NCBI GenBank assembly: GCA_963844245.1
Contig: CAWJNJ010000005.1
Coordinates: 882,388 to 946,387, forward strand
DNA: 64,000 bases
From: an uncultured Acidobacteriota bacterium
GTDB lineage: Bacteria > Acidobacteriota > Vicinamibacteria > Vicinamibacterales > 2-12-FULL-66-21
Direction: 5' to 3'
Shown: one piece after another, positions 11,318-22,436 of the stretch
Numbering within the stretch: position 1 is the first letter of the stretch
Layout of the letters: each line of letters begins with the position of its first letter
Position numbers and translations under genes: made by a program
The notes under the pieces: model-generated
The model's database searches: none
What the model was told of the DNA's origin: nothing
What the model saw: the letters and a program-made list of their open reading frames with translations, nothing else

Positions 11318-13007
11318 ATGAAACGTAGAGACTTTGTCAAAACCGTTGCGATGTCCGGCATGGCCATCGCGGCGAGCGATACCATTGCCGACCTCCTCGC
11401 CCAGTCGCCCAAGGGGAAGGTTCTCGAGTCGAAGTTCAAGGGCTTGTCTGACGTTTCGCTGACAGAGGCGAAGCGTCTCGGCTGCACTTACGCCGACATC
11501 CGCTTTACGCGCAACACCAATGCCGGCGGCGTCAACGCTTCGGGTGGTAACCGCGATGCCGCCGAAGCGGAGTTCGCGGGCGGCGGCGGACGCGGTGGCG
11601 GTGGCGGCGGCCGTGGTGGTGGTGGCGGACGCGGCGGTGGGCGCGGCGGCGGTGCGTTCGGCGGCGGCAACGCCGGTGAGGGCGCCGGCACGCAGGAAGC
11701 CGCGGGCTTCGGCGTGCGCGTCATTCACAGCGGCGTCTGGGGCTTTGCCAGCAGCCCGATCGTCACCGAAGACGAGATCCGCCGGATCACGCGGATGGCG
11801 AGCGAAGATCGCCAAGGCCAGCGCGATCGCGAAGAAGGTGGACGTCAAGCTCGCGCCGGTGCCGGCCTACACCGATTACTGGGTGACGCCGATGGTGAAA
11901 GACCCGTCCAAGATCGCCCAGACCGAGAAGCAGGCGCTGGTCCAGAAGGTCGTCGACCTCGCCGCGGCGAACAAGGAAGTCCTCACCGTGAACGCCAGCA
12001 TTCAGCTCGGCCACGAGTGGAAGTACTTCGCGTCGTCCGAAGGCTCCTACATCGAGCAGGAGATCTACACGACGACGCCAAGCTTCACCGTGAGCGCGCG
12101 CAAGAACGGCGAAACCCGCTCGCGGACGTTCACCGGCGTTCCCGGCACCGGTGGCTGGGAGATCGCGGAAGCGGCCGGCATGGTCGAAGCCGCGGAACGG
12201 ATCGCGGCCGAAGCGGTCGAATTCTGCACCGCGAAGCCGGTCGACATGGGGATGAAGGATTTGATCCTGACCCCGTCGCACGCGATGCTCACGATCCACG
12301 AGATCGTCGCGCACGCCACCGAACTCGATCGCATCATGGGCTACGAGGCCAACTACGCCGGCACGAGCTTCGTGAAGGTGTCGGACCTCGGCAAGCTCAA
12401 ATACGGCTCCAAGCTGTTCAACGTCACCGCCGACCGCACCATCCCGACCGGCGTCGCCACGATCGGTTATGACGATGACGGTGTGAAGACGCAGGAGTGG
12501 CCGATCATCCGCGACGGCATCCTGGTGGGGCTGCAGACCAATCGCGAGTCGGCGCACTTCGTCGGCGAGAAAGAAAGCCGCGGCTGCACCTCGGCGAACT
12601 CGTGGCGCGATTACCCGTTCCTGCGGATGCCGAACGTCCACGTCGACGCCGGCCCGAAGGGCTCACCGACGCCCGAGGAAATGATCGCCGACACCAAGGA
12701 CGGCGTCATGATCGACGGGCGCGGCAGCTACTCGATCGACCAGCAGCGCTACAACGGCCAGTTCGGTGGCAACGCGTTCTGGGAGATCAAGAACGGCAAG
12801 CGCACGCGGATGGTGACCAACGTCACTTACAACGCGATCACGACCGAGTTCTGGGCCAATCTCGACGCCATCTCCGGCAAGGAACACTGGCAGATGTTCG
12901 GGACCGGCGGCGACGCCAAGGGCCAGCCGACGCAGACCAACAGCATCTCCCACGGCTCGCCGTGGCTGCGCATCCGCAAGATCATGGTCGGCGGCGCGTT
13001 CGCGTAG
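11318..13007 (+). CDS. TldD-type metalloprotease with twin-arginine signal; one frame break in this assembly
   Basis: Tat leader [20 protein letters not shown] and HExxxH motif (IHEIVAH). The N-terminal part is in the 11318 frame and the rest in the 11520 frame, with the junction near 11800 (RITRMA / [20 protein letters not shown]). Confidence 0.85.
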
Positions 13008-13040
13008 CGAACGCAGCGAGTCCCGACCGACTCTACAGGA

Positions 13041-13073
13041 AGGCCGCCGGTTTACCGGCGGCCTTTTTCTTTT
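13041..13073 (+). terminator. rho-independent terminator after the TldD-type gene
   Basis: aggccgccgg-ttta-ccggcggcct (10-bp GC stem) followed by ttttcttt. Confidence 0.65.
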
Positions 13074-13117
13074 GGGCCGTCGAAACCATAATGGTGGTTT
13101 CAATTGAGAGGTTCGAG

Positions 13118-13982
13118 ATGACTGAGATTGCCGCCCGTGGTTATGCCCACCCCGAGGTGCTCGTCAGCACCGACTGGGTCGAACAGCACCTCAAGGACGA
13201 TTCGGTCCGCCTGATCGAGTCGAACGAAGACACCCTGCTCTATTCCGCCGGGCACATCCCCGGCGCGGTGCACGTCGACTGGACGTCCGACCTGAACGAT
13301 CAGATCCGCCGTGACTACATCACGCGTGCGGGCTTCGAACAGCTGATGTCCCGCATCGGCGCGACGAAAGACACGACCATCGTGTTCTATGGCGACAAGA
13401 ACAACTGGTGGGCGTGCTACGCGCTCTGGGTATTCCAGTTGTTCGGCCACACCAAGGCGAAGGTCATGGACGGCGGCCGCGTCAAGTGGCAGAAGGAGAA
13501 CCGCGAGCTCACCCGCGATGTCCCGAACTACGCGCCGACGAAGTACGTCGGCCGCCGAACGCGCCGATAAGCCGCACCGCGCCTTCCGCGAAGAGGTGTT
13601 CGCGCACGTCGAGTCGAAGGGCCAGCTGGTGGACGTCCGCAGCCCGGAGGAGTACGCCGGCACGCGCATGCACATGCCGGACTACCCGAACGAAGGCGCA
13701 CTGCGAGGCGGGCACATCCCCGGAGCCAAGAGCATCCCGTGGGCAAAAGCCATCAACCCCGACGACGGGACGTTCAAGACGGCGGACGAACTGAAGAAGC
13801 TGTACTGCGAGGACAACAAGCTGCAGCCGGAGCAGCCGACGATCGCGTACTGCCGTATCGGCGAGCGCAGCAGCCACTCCTGGTTTGCGCTGCGCTACCT
13901 GCTCGGTTTCAAGAACGTCCGTAACTACGACGGCTCATGGACCGAGTGGGGCAACATGGTGAACGTCCCAATCGAGAAATAG
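13118..13982 (+). CDS. thiosulfate sulfurtransferase (tandem rhodanese domains); one frame break
   Basis: Two rhodanese domains with catalytic loop YCRIGERSS. The two halves lie in the 13118 and 13389 frames, joined near 13548 (PTKYV / [16 protein letters not shown]). Confidence 0.85.
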
Positions 13983-14031
13983 GCGGCACCGGACATGTTC
14001 ACCACTCTTCGGTACCGGAGAGTGGTGCCGC
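13983..14031. terminator. compound hairpin between convergent rhodanese and VWFA genes
   Basis: Outer stem gcggcac/gtgccgc and inner stem caccactct/agagtggtg. Possible bidirectional terminator. Confidence 0.4.
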
Positions 14032-14069
14032 GCTCCTTCACGTTGAGCCGGATGAAGTGATCCTTCCCG

Positions 14070-15186
14070 TCACGATCCTCTGGCCGTGACCTGCACGGCC
14101 AGCAGGTACGTGGCGGATGTCTCTCGCAACGCTCGCGCCACGAACGGGTCCGAGTTCACCTCGACCTGGAAGAAGCTGCCCCCGGCACTGTCGGCGAACT
14201 TCTCGAGTCCGTACCCGAACATCGTGATGTCGTCAAAGAGCGTGTTGTTCTTCTTGCCGTACTCGGCTGAGAAGGCCTTGAGGAAGTGCACGTTCATGTA
14301 GAAGACATACAGGTTGATGTTGAAGGCGGCGGCGCGCTGCGCGATATAGGACGTCTCGGAATCGGGGTTCGGCGTGCCGCGAGGATTGCATCGGCAAGCC
14401 GGCGCTGATCAGCATCAGCGTCTTGCGGCCCGGCAGTGGACCGACCGTGTCGAGAACGCCGCGGAGACCCGAGATGGATAGCTGCGCCTGGCGCTCCAAC
14501 GCATCGGCAATCCGTCCGCCGTCCTGGATTACCTCCTGGGAGCAGTTCATGTTACCCGGATCGAACTTGCATTCACGATCGGTGATTTCCTTGGTGTAGG
14601 CGTCGTGCGACTTCAGCCTCGACGCTTCGGAGCGCCGAGATGTTGTATTTCGAGCATCATCAGGTCCGTGCGAAGGCCAGAAATTTTTGCAGATCGCCGC
14701 CCGGATAGCGGCATGGTCGCGCGTCGGTGCGATCGCGACCGGGCCCGGGAATGCGATCAATCCGAGGTTGTCGTCAGGAGCGACACTCTTCACCACCCGC
14801 ATCGCTGCCTCGCGCGCAGAGGCCTGGCCCGACACCGGGAAACTCTCCTGGTCGATGGCCACCACAATCGTGCGGCCGCTCCCGGCTGCAGCTTCCGGCG
14901 TACCCGGTGGAACCGCGGTGGGGCCGGTTCCACTCGTCCGGATGAACTCGAGATTGACGATCGGCTGCCGGCGTCCGTCGACGAAGACCTCGAACTGCTC
15001 CGATTTCAGCCCCTGGACAGGCGTGCCATCGCGGGTCACGACCTGCGCCTCGATCAGCACCAGCTCGGTAGAGGCGCGAAAGGTCGGAGGCTGCTGCGGC
15101 GCCGCCTGTGCCGCGAGTGCAAGCGCCGCTATGCCAGTCGACAGCCACGTCGTGCCATGCGGCGCATTGTATTCTGTCCCTGACAT
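14070..15186 (-). CDS. VWFA-related (TIGR03436-type) exported protein; at least one frame break
   Basis: N-terminus FRASTELVLIEAQVVTRDGTPVQGLKSEQFEVFVDGRRQPI followed by a VWA core (TIVVAIDQESF...). The C-terminus continues in the 14070..14297 frame, with the junction near 14375. Confidence 0.7.
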
Positions 15187-15620
15187 GTATCCCCAGAAAC
15201 TTCAGGCGGTCATCGACATGTTCGCGATGTTCGAGACGCCGGACCGAACCAACATGCTTCTCAGCTACGCGGACCAGTTCCGCGAAGTGCCGCCGGAGGT
15301 TGCCGACCCGGCCGTTTTCAAAGTCGCACCAGATTCCGCAGTGCGAATCGGACGCGTATGCGTGGGCGATGAAGCAGCCGGACGGCACGTTGAAACTGTG
15401 GTTCGCGGTCGAGAATCCATCGGGCGTTTCCGCGAAGGCGCTCGCCGCGATTCTCGACAAGAGCCTCTCCGGCCTCACGCCTGCCGAGATCGTCCAGGTG
15501 GACGCCGCCATCGTCGAGAAGCTGTTCCGTCAGAACATCTCGATGGGCAAGGGGATGGGACTGATGTCGATGGTCGAGGCGGTGCGGTCCCTCGCGAAGG
15601 CTGCCGACCGGAAGGATTAG
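15185..15620 (+). CDS. sufE: cysteine desulfuration protein SufE; one frame break
   Basis: MYPQKLQAVIDMFAMFETPDRTNMLLSYADQF... then, in the 15108 frame, the SufE Cys loop (HQIPQCESDAYAW) and C-terminus. Junction near 15300. Confidence 0.7.
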
Positions 15621-16399
15621 CCCGCGAGGTGCGACAGCACGATTCCCGCCGCGACGCTGACGTTCAATGAGTCGACCGCGGGCGCGGTCGGGATCCTCAC
15701 CAGCACGTCGGCTGCCTCCATCGCGGCTGGACTCAATCCGGCTCCCTCCGCTCCGACCATTACGAGCAGCGGACCGCGGTGGTCTGGCGCGACGTCCGCG
15801 AGCCGCGGGGCGTCCGGACGCGGTGTGAGGGCCAGCACGCGAAATCCTCTGGACTTGTATTCCGCGATCGCTCCGGGCCACGGCGTCACCCTTGCGAAGG
15901 GGACATGCAGCACCGCACCCATCGATGTGCGGAGGGCCTTCCGATAGAACGGGTCAGCCGTCGCCGGATCCAGCAACAGTCCGCCCACGCCGAATGCCGC
16001 CGCAACCCTGAACAAGGCGCCGACGTTGGCGGGATCCGCAACCCCCTCGAGGGCCAGGATCCGCGTCGCGGCGTCGAGTTCGAGGCCAGGCGTTTCGGAC
16101 GGACGATGCGCGAGCGCGAGGCACCCGCGATGAAAATCGAAGCCCGCGATCTGGCTGATGACTTCGCGTTCGGCCACGAAGACAGGTGACTCTATGGCGG
16201 CGCCCTCCGCCAGCGCCCGATGCGCCGTCGGGGTGACGAGAACGGAATGGAGGCGGAAGCGTTCACACCGGATCAGCCGCTCGACGACGAGCCGGCCCTC
16301 GGCGACGAACAGTCCGGCGGCTTTCAGCCACTTCGGGTCAGCGACGTGACTATAGTCCGCGATGCGCGGGTCGTTCGGGTTACCGACCTGGACGATCAT
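15617..16399 (-). CDS. TrmH/SpoU family RNA 2'-O-methyltransferase
   Basis: 260 aa with SpoU knot motifs LLVMVGAEGAGLS and IPTAPAVDSLNVSVAAGIVL. Confidence 0.85.
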   Translation of the reverse strand: MIVQVGNPNDPRIADYSHVADPKWLKAAGLFVAEGRLVVERLIRCERFRLHSVLVTPTAHRALAEGAAIESPVFVAEREVISQIAGFDFHRGCLALAHRPSETPGLELDAATRILALEGVADPANVGALFRVAAAFGVGGLLLDPATADPFYRKALRTSMGAVLHVPFARVTPWPGAIAEYKSRGFRVLALTPRPDAPRLADVAPDHRGPLLVMVGAEGAGLSPAAMEAADVLVRIPTAPAVDSLNVSVAAGIVLSHLAG

Positions 16400-16417
16400 G
16401 CGGCGTGACCGCGTGCC

Positions 16418-17014
16418 CTACGATTCGCGGACGACGGATCGGCGGCTGCGATGGCTGTCGATGACGTGCTGGCCGAGGCGCTTGCTGAGGAACACCTTGG
16501 ACTCACCGTTCTCGACCGGGTGCGGGACAAAGCGGATCACGTCGAACTGTAGCTGCGCGAGCGCACTGCGCATCTCGTAGAACCGGTTCTTGGTCTTGAC
16601 GACGATCTCGTCGAAGCCATTCTCGATCGCCCAGACTTCCTGTTCTTCGGTCAGGGCCCGGAAGTGACCCTGGCCGCGCCAGTCCTTGCGGGTGCCGCCG
16701 ATCCACTGGTAGAGCACCCGCCGGCCGTCGAAGTGAACGACGTCCTCGAGCTGCAGCACGAGATCGGCCAGCTTCGGGTCGTTCTCGTTGGTGCGCAACT
16801 CGTGCGCGACCTTGAACGAGACCGGCACCACCGAGCCCGGATCGTCGGGCAGCGGCGCCTCGGCCATCAGGATCTGGTGATCCCGATCCCCCAGCCGGTC
16901 CATGACCTCGCTGGCCAGCTTCTTCCGCGGGAAGTCGAGGAAGTACTCCTCGATGTATTGGATCTCGAGGGCGCCCTGCTGAAGGGAGGACCGTTTGATG
17001 AGGTATTCGTCCAC
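16418..17014 (-). CDS. GNAT family N-acetyltransferase
   Basis: The C-terminal part of ORF 16418..17335 has a GNAT-like core (WIGGTRKDWRGQGHFRALTEE...). The in-frame GTG at 17014 avoids overlap with the upstream acylase gene; the start is uncertain. Confidence 0.6.
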   Translation of the reverse strand: MDEYLIKRSSLQQGALEIQYIEEYFLDFPRKKLASEVMDRLGDRDHQILMAEAPLPDDPGSVVPVSFKVAHELRTNENDPKLADLVLQLEDVVHFDGRRVLYQWIGGTRKDWRGQGHFRALTEEQEVWAIENGFDEIVVKTKNRFYEMRSALAQLQFDVIRFVPHPVENGESKVFLSKRLGQHVIDSHRSRRSVVRES

Positions 17015-17063
17015 GAAGCTTCGGATTATACCTTCTCGAACTGACGCCGAGGGTGCGGGCAGA

Positions 17064-19238
17064 CTACTGCGGCCTGTATTCACGGCGGAGGTTCGCCTTG
17101 ATGTCGGCCTCCGAGTACCATGCGCGGCGGAGCTTGTGGTCGGCGAACAGTTGCAGTTGATCGCTGCTGTGAGGCGACTTGGGATTTGTGGTCTGGCCGT
17201 AGGCGAGGACGGACCACGCTTCGCCGGGCTTTGAGAAGTCCACCAACAGGACCCATCCGTCACCGAAGCCCACCGGTGTGTCCCGCCCCGGCAGATGGCC
17301 GGCGACGCGCACTTTCGGATCGTCGCTGGCCGCAAACGTCATGACGCGATACGTGCCGTAGGTGCCGGTCGCACCGTCGCCCGGGAGGTCAAGGGAGCCG
17401 GCGCGGAAGCGATGAACCTCACCCCAGGCGACCGACGGTGAGCCGTACTGCGTGCGGACGGCGCGAACAGCGGCTTCGAGGTGCCTCACCGCGGCGGCGC
17501 GATCGGCGATCCCGCTCGGCGTGGTGGCGAAATTCGCTTCCTGCCACGGCGTGGCGAACGGCGGGCGCACGGCCTCTGAATAGAGGTCCCAGAACCGCTG
17601 AAACAGGACGGCGCCACGGCTGGGCGCCGACACCGTGTCGTCCCACCCTGCCAGGATCTCCGCTCCCACCTTCGCATCGTCAGACGCATCCGCGGTCGTC
17701 CGGACGGCATCGATCACGTCGAGCTTGATGCGCTCGGCCAGCAGCATCCGGTTCGAATACTTCAGATCGATAACGTCCTGGACCGAGTAGGACGGCCTCT
17801 GCTCGAGCAGGTCGATCGCGAGTTGCGGGCGCAGACCCAGGGGACCACGTTCGATCTGCTGCGGAAAACTGGACATGTCAATGGTGTCGCCAAGCGAGAC
17901 GAACCGCGGCGGGTTGTTGGCGTTCTGGACGTAGCCGCCCGGGGGATTCATCAGCCGCGGGAAATCGTCGATCGAATGCATCAGGGTCCAGAGGTCGGCC
18001 GAGGACTTGGCCTCGACGTCCAGACGATAGTCGCGGCCGTCGGCCCTCACCGGAATTCGCGCATTCCAGTAGTAGAGAACGTTGCCGTCGGCATCGGCGT
18101 ACGTAAAGTTCGACGTCGGCACGAGGTTGCGTCGGATCGACGTATTCCATTGATCGAGCGTGCGAGCCTTGCTCAGATCGTAGAATCCGTAGAAATACTG
18201 GAAGGCATCGAGCCTCGTCGACATGACAGCGAACACCTTGTCGGCCGAGCGGTGGATCACCGGACCGATATGCGTGGACCAGAACGTCCGCGTCTCGGTC
18301 CGGAACGATCCATCCTCCTGCCGGACTTGTAACGCCGCGTCGCGTCGCCGGAGCGGACGCGATCCGCCATCGAACAGGTAGTGATCGGCACGCGTCGGGT
18401 CCACTGTCAGGGTGAACACATCGTCCAGATCCGGCGCGTTGTTGGTCGTCACGAAGCCGAGGCGATCGTTGAAGCCGGCGCGCAGCACCGGGATACCCAC
18501 GAGTGTCGATCCGTAGAAGTCGATCGTGCCCGGCACCCGCACGTGCGCTTCCCAGTAGAGCGACGACCACTGTAGATGCGGATTCCCGAGCAGGATCGGC
18601 TTGCCGGTCGTCGTGCGCGATCCTGAGAGCGCGAATGCGTTTGAGCCGGGCGCGTCGTCGATCCAGGACGGCTCCTCGCCACCCGGCGGCAGCTTTTCGT
18701 ACTTCTCCCGCAGGCGGCGCACGAGTGCCGCGCCACCCAGAGAATTCGCAGCTCCGGCCCGCGTGCTTGCGAGCACATCCGCAGCAGAAATCTCGGGCAT
18801 CCACGTCGGCAGCTCGGCGCGGTGAGCGGCGACATATCTGTTCACGCCCGCCGCGTAGGCGCTGATGATTCGGCGATAGAGAGGTGCAATGCCGGCGAGC
18901 GCCGCCTTTGACGCAGCGAGGTTGTCGAACTGAGCCATGGTGACGTCGTTCGACAGCCCAGACTCGCCGAAGTACCTGGCTTCCTCGCCGCGGGCGCTGA
19001 GGTAGCGGCGCCCGATCTCCGCGGCGTGATCTTCCGCTTGCGCGTAGCCAAAGGCGAACGCCGCAGCCTCTTCGGTCTTGGCCAGGATGTGTGGGATGCC
19101 GTAGGTGTCACGTCGGATCGTCGCCTGGCTGGCGAGCAGATCGTGGGCCGGCAGTTCGGGAACCTGCCGGCCGCAGCCTGGTGCCGCCGTGACGAGAGCG
19201 GCAACGACGAGGAGCGCGAAGCGCAGGCGAAGGGCCAT
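17064..19238 (-). CDS. penicillin acylase family (Ntn hydrolase S45; AHL-acylase-like) lipoprotein
   Basis: Start at MALRLRFALLVVAALVTAAPGC (lipobox). Processing-site motif GSNAFAL followed by GKPILLGNPHL. 724 aa, intact. Confidence 0.85.
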   Translation of the reverse strand: MALRLRFALLVVAALVTAAPGCGRQVPELPAHDLLASQATIRRDTYGIPHILAKTEEAAAFAFGYAQAEDHAAEIGRRYLSARGEEARYFGESGLSNDVTMAQFDNLAASKAALAGIAPLYRRIISAYAAGVNRYVAAHRAELPTWMPEISAADVLASTRAGAANSLGGAALVRRLREKYEKLPPGGEEPSWIDDAPGSNAFALSGSRTTTGKPILLGNPHLQWSSLYWEAHVRVPGTIDFYGSTLVGIPVLRAGFNDRLGFVTTNNAPDLDDVFTLTVDPTRADHYLFDGGSRPLRRRDAALQVRQEDGSFRTETRTFWSTHIGPVIHRSADKVFAVMSTRLDAFQYFYGFYDLSKARTLDQWNTSIRRNLVPTSNFTYADADGNVLYYWNARIPVRADGRDYRLDVEAKSSADLWTLMHSIDDFPRLMNPPGGYVQNANNPPRFVSLGDTIDMSSFPQQIERGPLGLRPQLAIDLLEQRPSYSVQDVIDLKYSNRMLLAERIKLDVIDAVRTTADASDDAKVGAEILAGWDDTVSAPSRGAVLFQRFWDLYSEAVRPPFATPWQEANFATTPSGIADRAAAVRHLEAAVRAVRTQYGSPSVAWGEVHRFRAGSLDLPGDGATGTYGTYRVMTFAASDDPKVRVAGHLPGRDTPVGFGDGWVLLVDFSKPGEAWSVLAYGQTTNPKSPHSSDQLQLFADHKLRRAWYSEADIKANLRREYRPQ

Positions 19239-19254
19239 GCGCGACAGTTTAAGG

Positions 19255-21680
19255 TTATTCGGCGCGCAGAGCGACGATCGGGTCCACGCGGGTTGCACGC
19301 CGCGCGGGAACATACGCTGCCGTGAGCGCAACCACCCCCAGCGTGATTGCCACAACAACAAACGTCACCGGATCGTGCGGACTGGTATCGAACAACAGCT
19401 TCGCGACCAGCCATTCGGTCAGCAGGAAGGCGGCGACGACGCCGATCACAACCCCGCCGGATGTCATCACCATGGCTTCGCGAACAATCAGGCGAACCAC
19501 CGAGCTCCGATGGGCGCCGAGCGCCATCCGGATCCCGATCTCGCGCGTGCGCTGAGCGACCGCGTACGAGAGGACGCCGAAGATCCCGATGGCGGCCAGT
19601 ATCAGCGCGACCGCGGCAAACAGCGTCGAGCAACGTCATGTAGAACCGCGGCTGCGAGATCGAACGGGCGACGATTTCCTGGAGCGTGCGGACGTTCCCG
19701 ACGGGCAAGTTGCCGTCGAGCGAGTAGACGGCGCGCCGGGCCGGTTCCGCAAGGCCCGCGGGCGCCGCGGCGGTCTTCATCAGGACAGACATCCCCGAAA
19801 CCGGCCATTGGGTGTAGGGCAGATAGATCTGGGGAGGATCCGGCTCGGCAAGACCGGCGTCCTTGACGTCGCCGATGATGCCGACGACCTCACCTCCAGC
19901 GCGAGGTTTGCCAGGGCCGCGGCCCCACCCGAGCGTGATCTTCTTGCCGATCGGATCCTCACCCGGGAAGTACTGGCGAGCCGCCGCTTCCGTAATGAGG
20001 ACGACCTGCGGCGTATTCGGCCGGTCGTCGCCAGTGAAGAAGCGACCCTTCTTCAGCGGAATACCGATCGTCTGGAAGTAGTCGGCGGTCGCCACGCGGA
20101 CCTGCATCGCCGGCTGCTGCGAGGGCGGGACGGGCGCGCGTCCGGCAACTTCGAACGTCAGCACGAAGCTCGCGCCGCTCAGTGGCAGCGAGTTCACGCC
20201 GGCAACCGCCTGCACGCCCGGGAGCGCCTTCAACTTCGGCAGCAACTGGTCGAAAAACGCCACCTTGCTCAAATCGTCCTCATACCGGACGTCGGGCAAC
20301 GACACCTCGAAAGCAAGGGCCGGCTGCACCGGGAATCCGGGATCGACAGACGCGAGCTTGCTGAAGCTGCGGATCAAGAGGCCCGCACCGGCGAGCAGCG
20401 TCACGGCGAGCGCAACCTCGGTGATCACCAGGGTCGTCCGCATGCGTGAGCCGGCCCGGCTCGTCAGCGCACCGCGGCCCGATTCCTTCAGCGTCGACGA
20501 GATGCCCCCACGAGTCGACTGGAAGGCGGGCACCATGCCGAAGAGCAGTCCGGTCAGCAGCGACACGCCCATCGTGAACGCGATCACCACCGGATCGACG
20601 CGGACTTCAGCGAGACGCGGAATCCCCTGCGGCTCGAGCGCGACGAGAGCTTCGACGCCCCACACAGCCAACAGCAACCCGAGTGCCCCGCCGACCACGC
20701 CGAGGATGACGCTCTCGGTCAGCAACTGCCGAACCAGCCGCGAGCGACCGGCGCCGAGGGCCGTCCGCACCGCGATCTCGCTCTCACGGGCCGCAGCTCG
20801 CGCGAGCAACAGGTTCGCGACGTTCACACACGCGATCAGCAGCACGAAACCCACCGCACCGAGCAGAAGCCAGAACGCTCTCCGAATATCCCCCACCATC
20901 GCGTCATGCAGGGCGACCGCGGTGATGCCAACGCCTTCGTTGCTGTCCGGGTACTGCGTGGCGAGCTGGCGGCCGATGGTTTCAATCTCTACCTGCGCCT
21001 GTTTGGCCGACACACCAGTCTTCATCCGGCCAACGGCAGTGAGATACCAGGCGCCCCGCTGCTTCGAGAGCAGGTCTTCCGAGTACTCGAGCGGCACCCA
21101 CACCGACCGGGCGGCGGGAAACGAGAATCCTTCCGGCATCACGCCGACGATCTCGTGTGCCACGCCGTCGAGTGTCATCCGCTTGCCGACGATGGCGCGG
21201 TCCCCGCCGAAGCGGCGCAGCCAGAGGTCGTGACTGATGATCGCAACCTGATTCTTGCCGGGTTCGTTCTCGCCGGCGTTGAACGTACGGCCCAAGCTTC
21301 GCGGGCACGCCGAGCAGCCCGAAGATTGTGGCACTGACAGCGGCGCCGTCCAGGCGAACCGGTTCACCCTGGCCCGTAAGGATCGTGCGCGTCCGCGTGT
21401 AGACCGCCGCATCCTGCAGCGTCGTATTTCGTGTCCGGACGTCAGTGAAGTTCGGCCCTGACATCGTGGCGCGACGCCCTTCGCTCAGGTGGTAAATACC
21501 TACGAGCTGATCCGGATTCGCGTACGGCAGCGGCTTCAGCAGGACGGCGTTGACGACGCTGAAGATCGCGGTGTTGGCGCCGATCCCGAGGGCGAGCGTG
21601 AGGAGCGCCACGGCCGTGAAGGCGGGGCTCTTGATCAGCCGGCGGAAGGCATAGCGGATGTCCTGGCGGAGGTTGTCCAT
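19255..21680 (-). CDS. ADOP-family duplicated MacB/FtsX-type permease; two frame breaks
   Basis: N-terminus [53 protein letters not shown] and C-terminus ...[15 protein letters not shown]. The pieces lie in three frames, joined near 21297 and near 19620. Confidence 0.85.
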
Positions 21681-21823
21681 CGGGCCAGCCAGAGCCAATC
21701 ACGTGCCGTGCTGGCGCACGGCGATAACCCTATAATTGACGTGGAGTTACGCCCGTGCCGGTGGCGCCGCGTGGCGCCCGACTGTCCGGCGCTGGCCACC
21801 AGTCATCCCGAAAGCGAACAGCC

Positions 21824-22396
21824 ATGCCGACACTGCCCGAGGACGTGCAGCGACTGACCGACGCCATGAACGCGGCCGACAAGGCTGCCGAGGATCTCAC
21901 GGCCGGTCTCTCGGATCCGGACTTCTTCTGGCAGCCCGGCGGAACCCGCTGGAGCGTGGCCCTCTGCCTGGATCATCTCGCCGTCGCAAACACCATCTAC
22001 GGCGCGTCCATCGAGACCGGCCTGGCGGCAGCCCGCGAGCGCGGCTGGCACCGACAGGGTCCGATCGCGCCGGGTTTCTTCGGCCGCAAGTTCGCCGAGT
22101 CCCTGGAACCGCCAGTGAAGCGGCGCACGTCGGCGCCGGCCAAGATCAAGCCGCAGCCGGCGCGGCCGCGTGCCGAGATCATGAGCGCCTATCGTGCGGC
22201 GCACGATCGCATCCGCGCGCTGCTCGTCGAAGCGGCCACGCTCGATGCCAATCGCGCCACGTTCACGAATCCGTTCATCGGGATCGTCCGCGTCAAGGTC
22301 TCGTCCGGCTTCCACATCGTCGCGGCCCACGACCGCCGCCACCTGTGGCAGGCGCAGCAGGTCGTGGCCGCACGTCGGGCGGAGACCGGCGCGTAG
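21824..22396 (+). CDS. DinB family protein
   Basis: 190 aa from ATG 21824. DinB_2-type His ligands (CLDHLAVAN ... AAHDRRHLWQAQ). Confidence 0.75.
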   Translation: MPTLPEDVQRLTDAMNAADKAAEDLTAGLSDPDFFWQPGGTRWSVALCLDHLAVANTIYGASIETGLAAARERGWHRQGPIAPGFFGRKFAESLEPPVKRRTSAPAKIKPQPARPRAEIMSAYRAAHDRIRALLVEAATLDANRATFTNPFIGIVRVKVSSGFHIVAAHDRRHLWQAQQVVAARRAETGA

Positions 22397-22436
22397 CTTA
22401 TTTGCTGCGCGGGTTCTCCGCGATCCCCAGCTCGAT

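Noticed and set aside
11488-11724. 78-aa proline-rich ORF ([20 protein letters not shown]) that resembles a cell-surface proline-rich protein
   Set aside because: It is exactly the antisense strand of the Gly/Arg tract inside the TldD-type gene, whose own frame has clear flanking homology.
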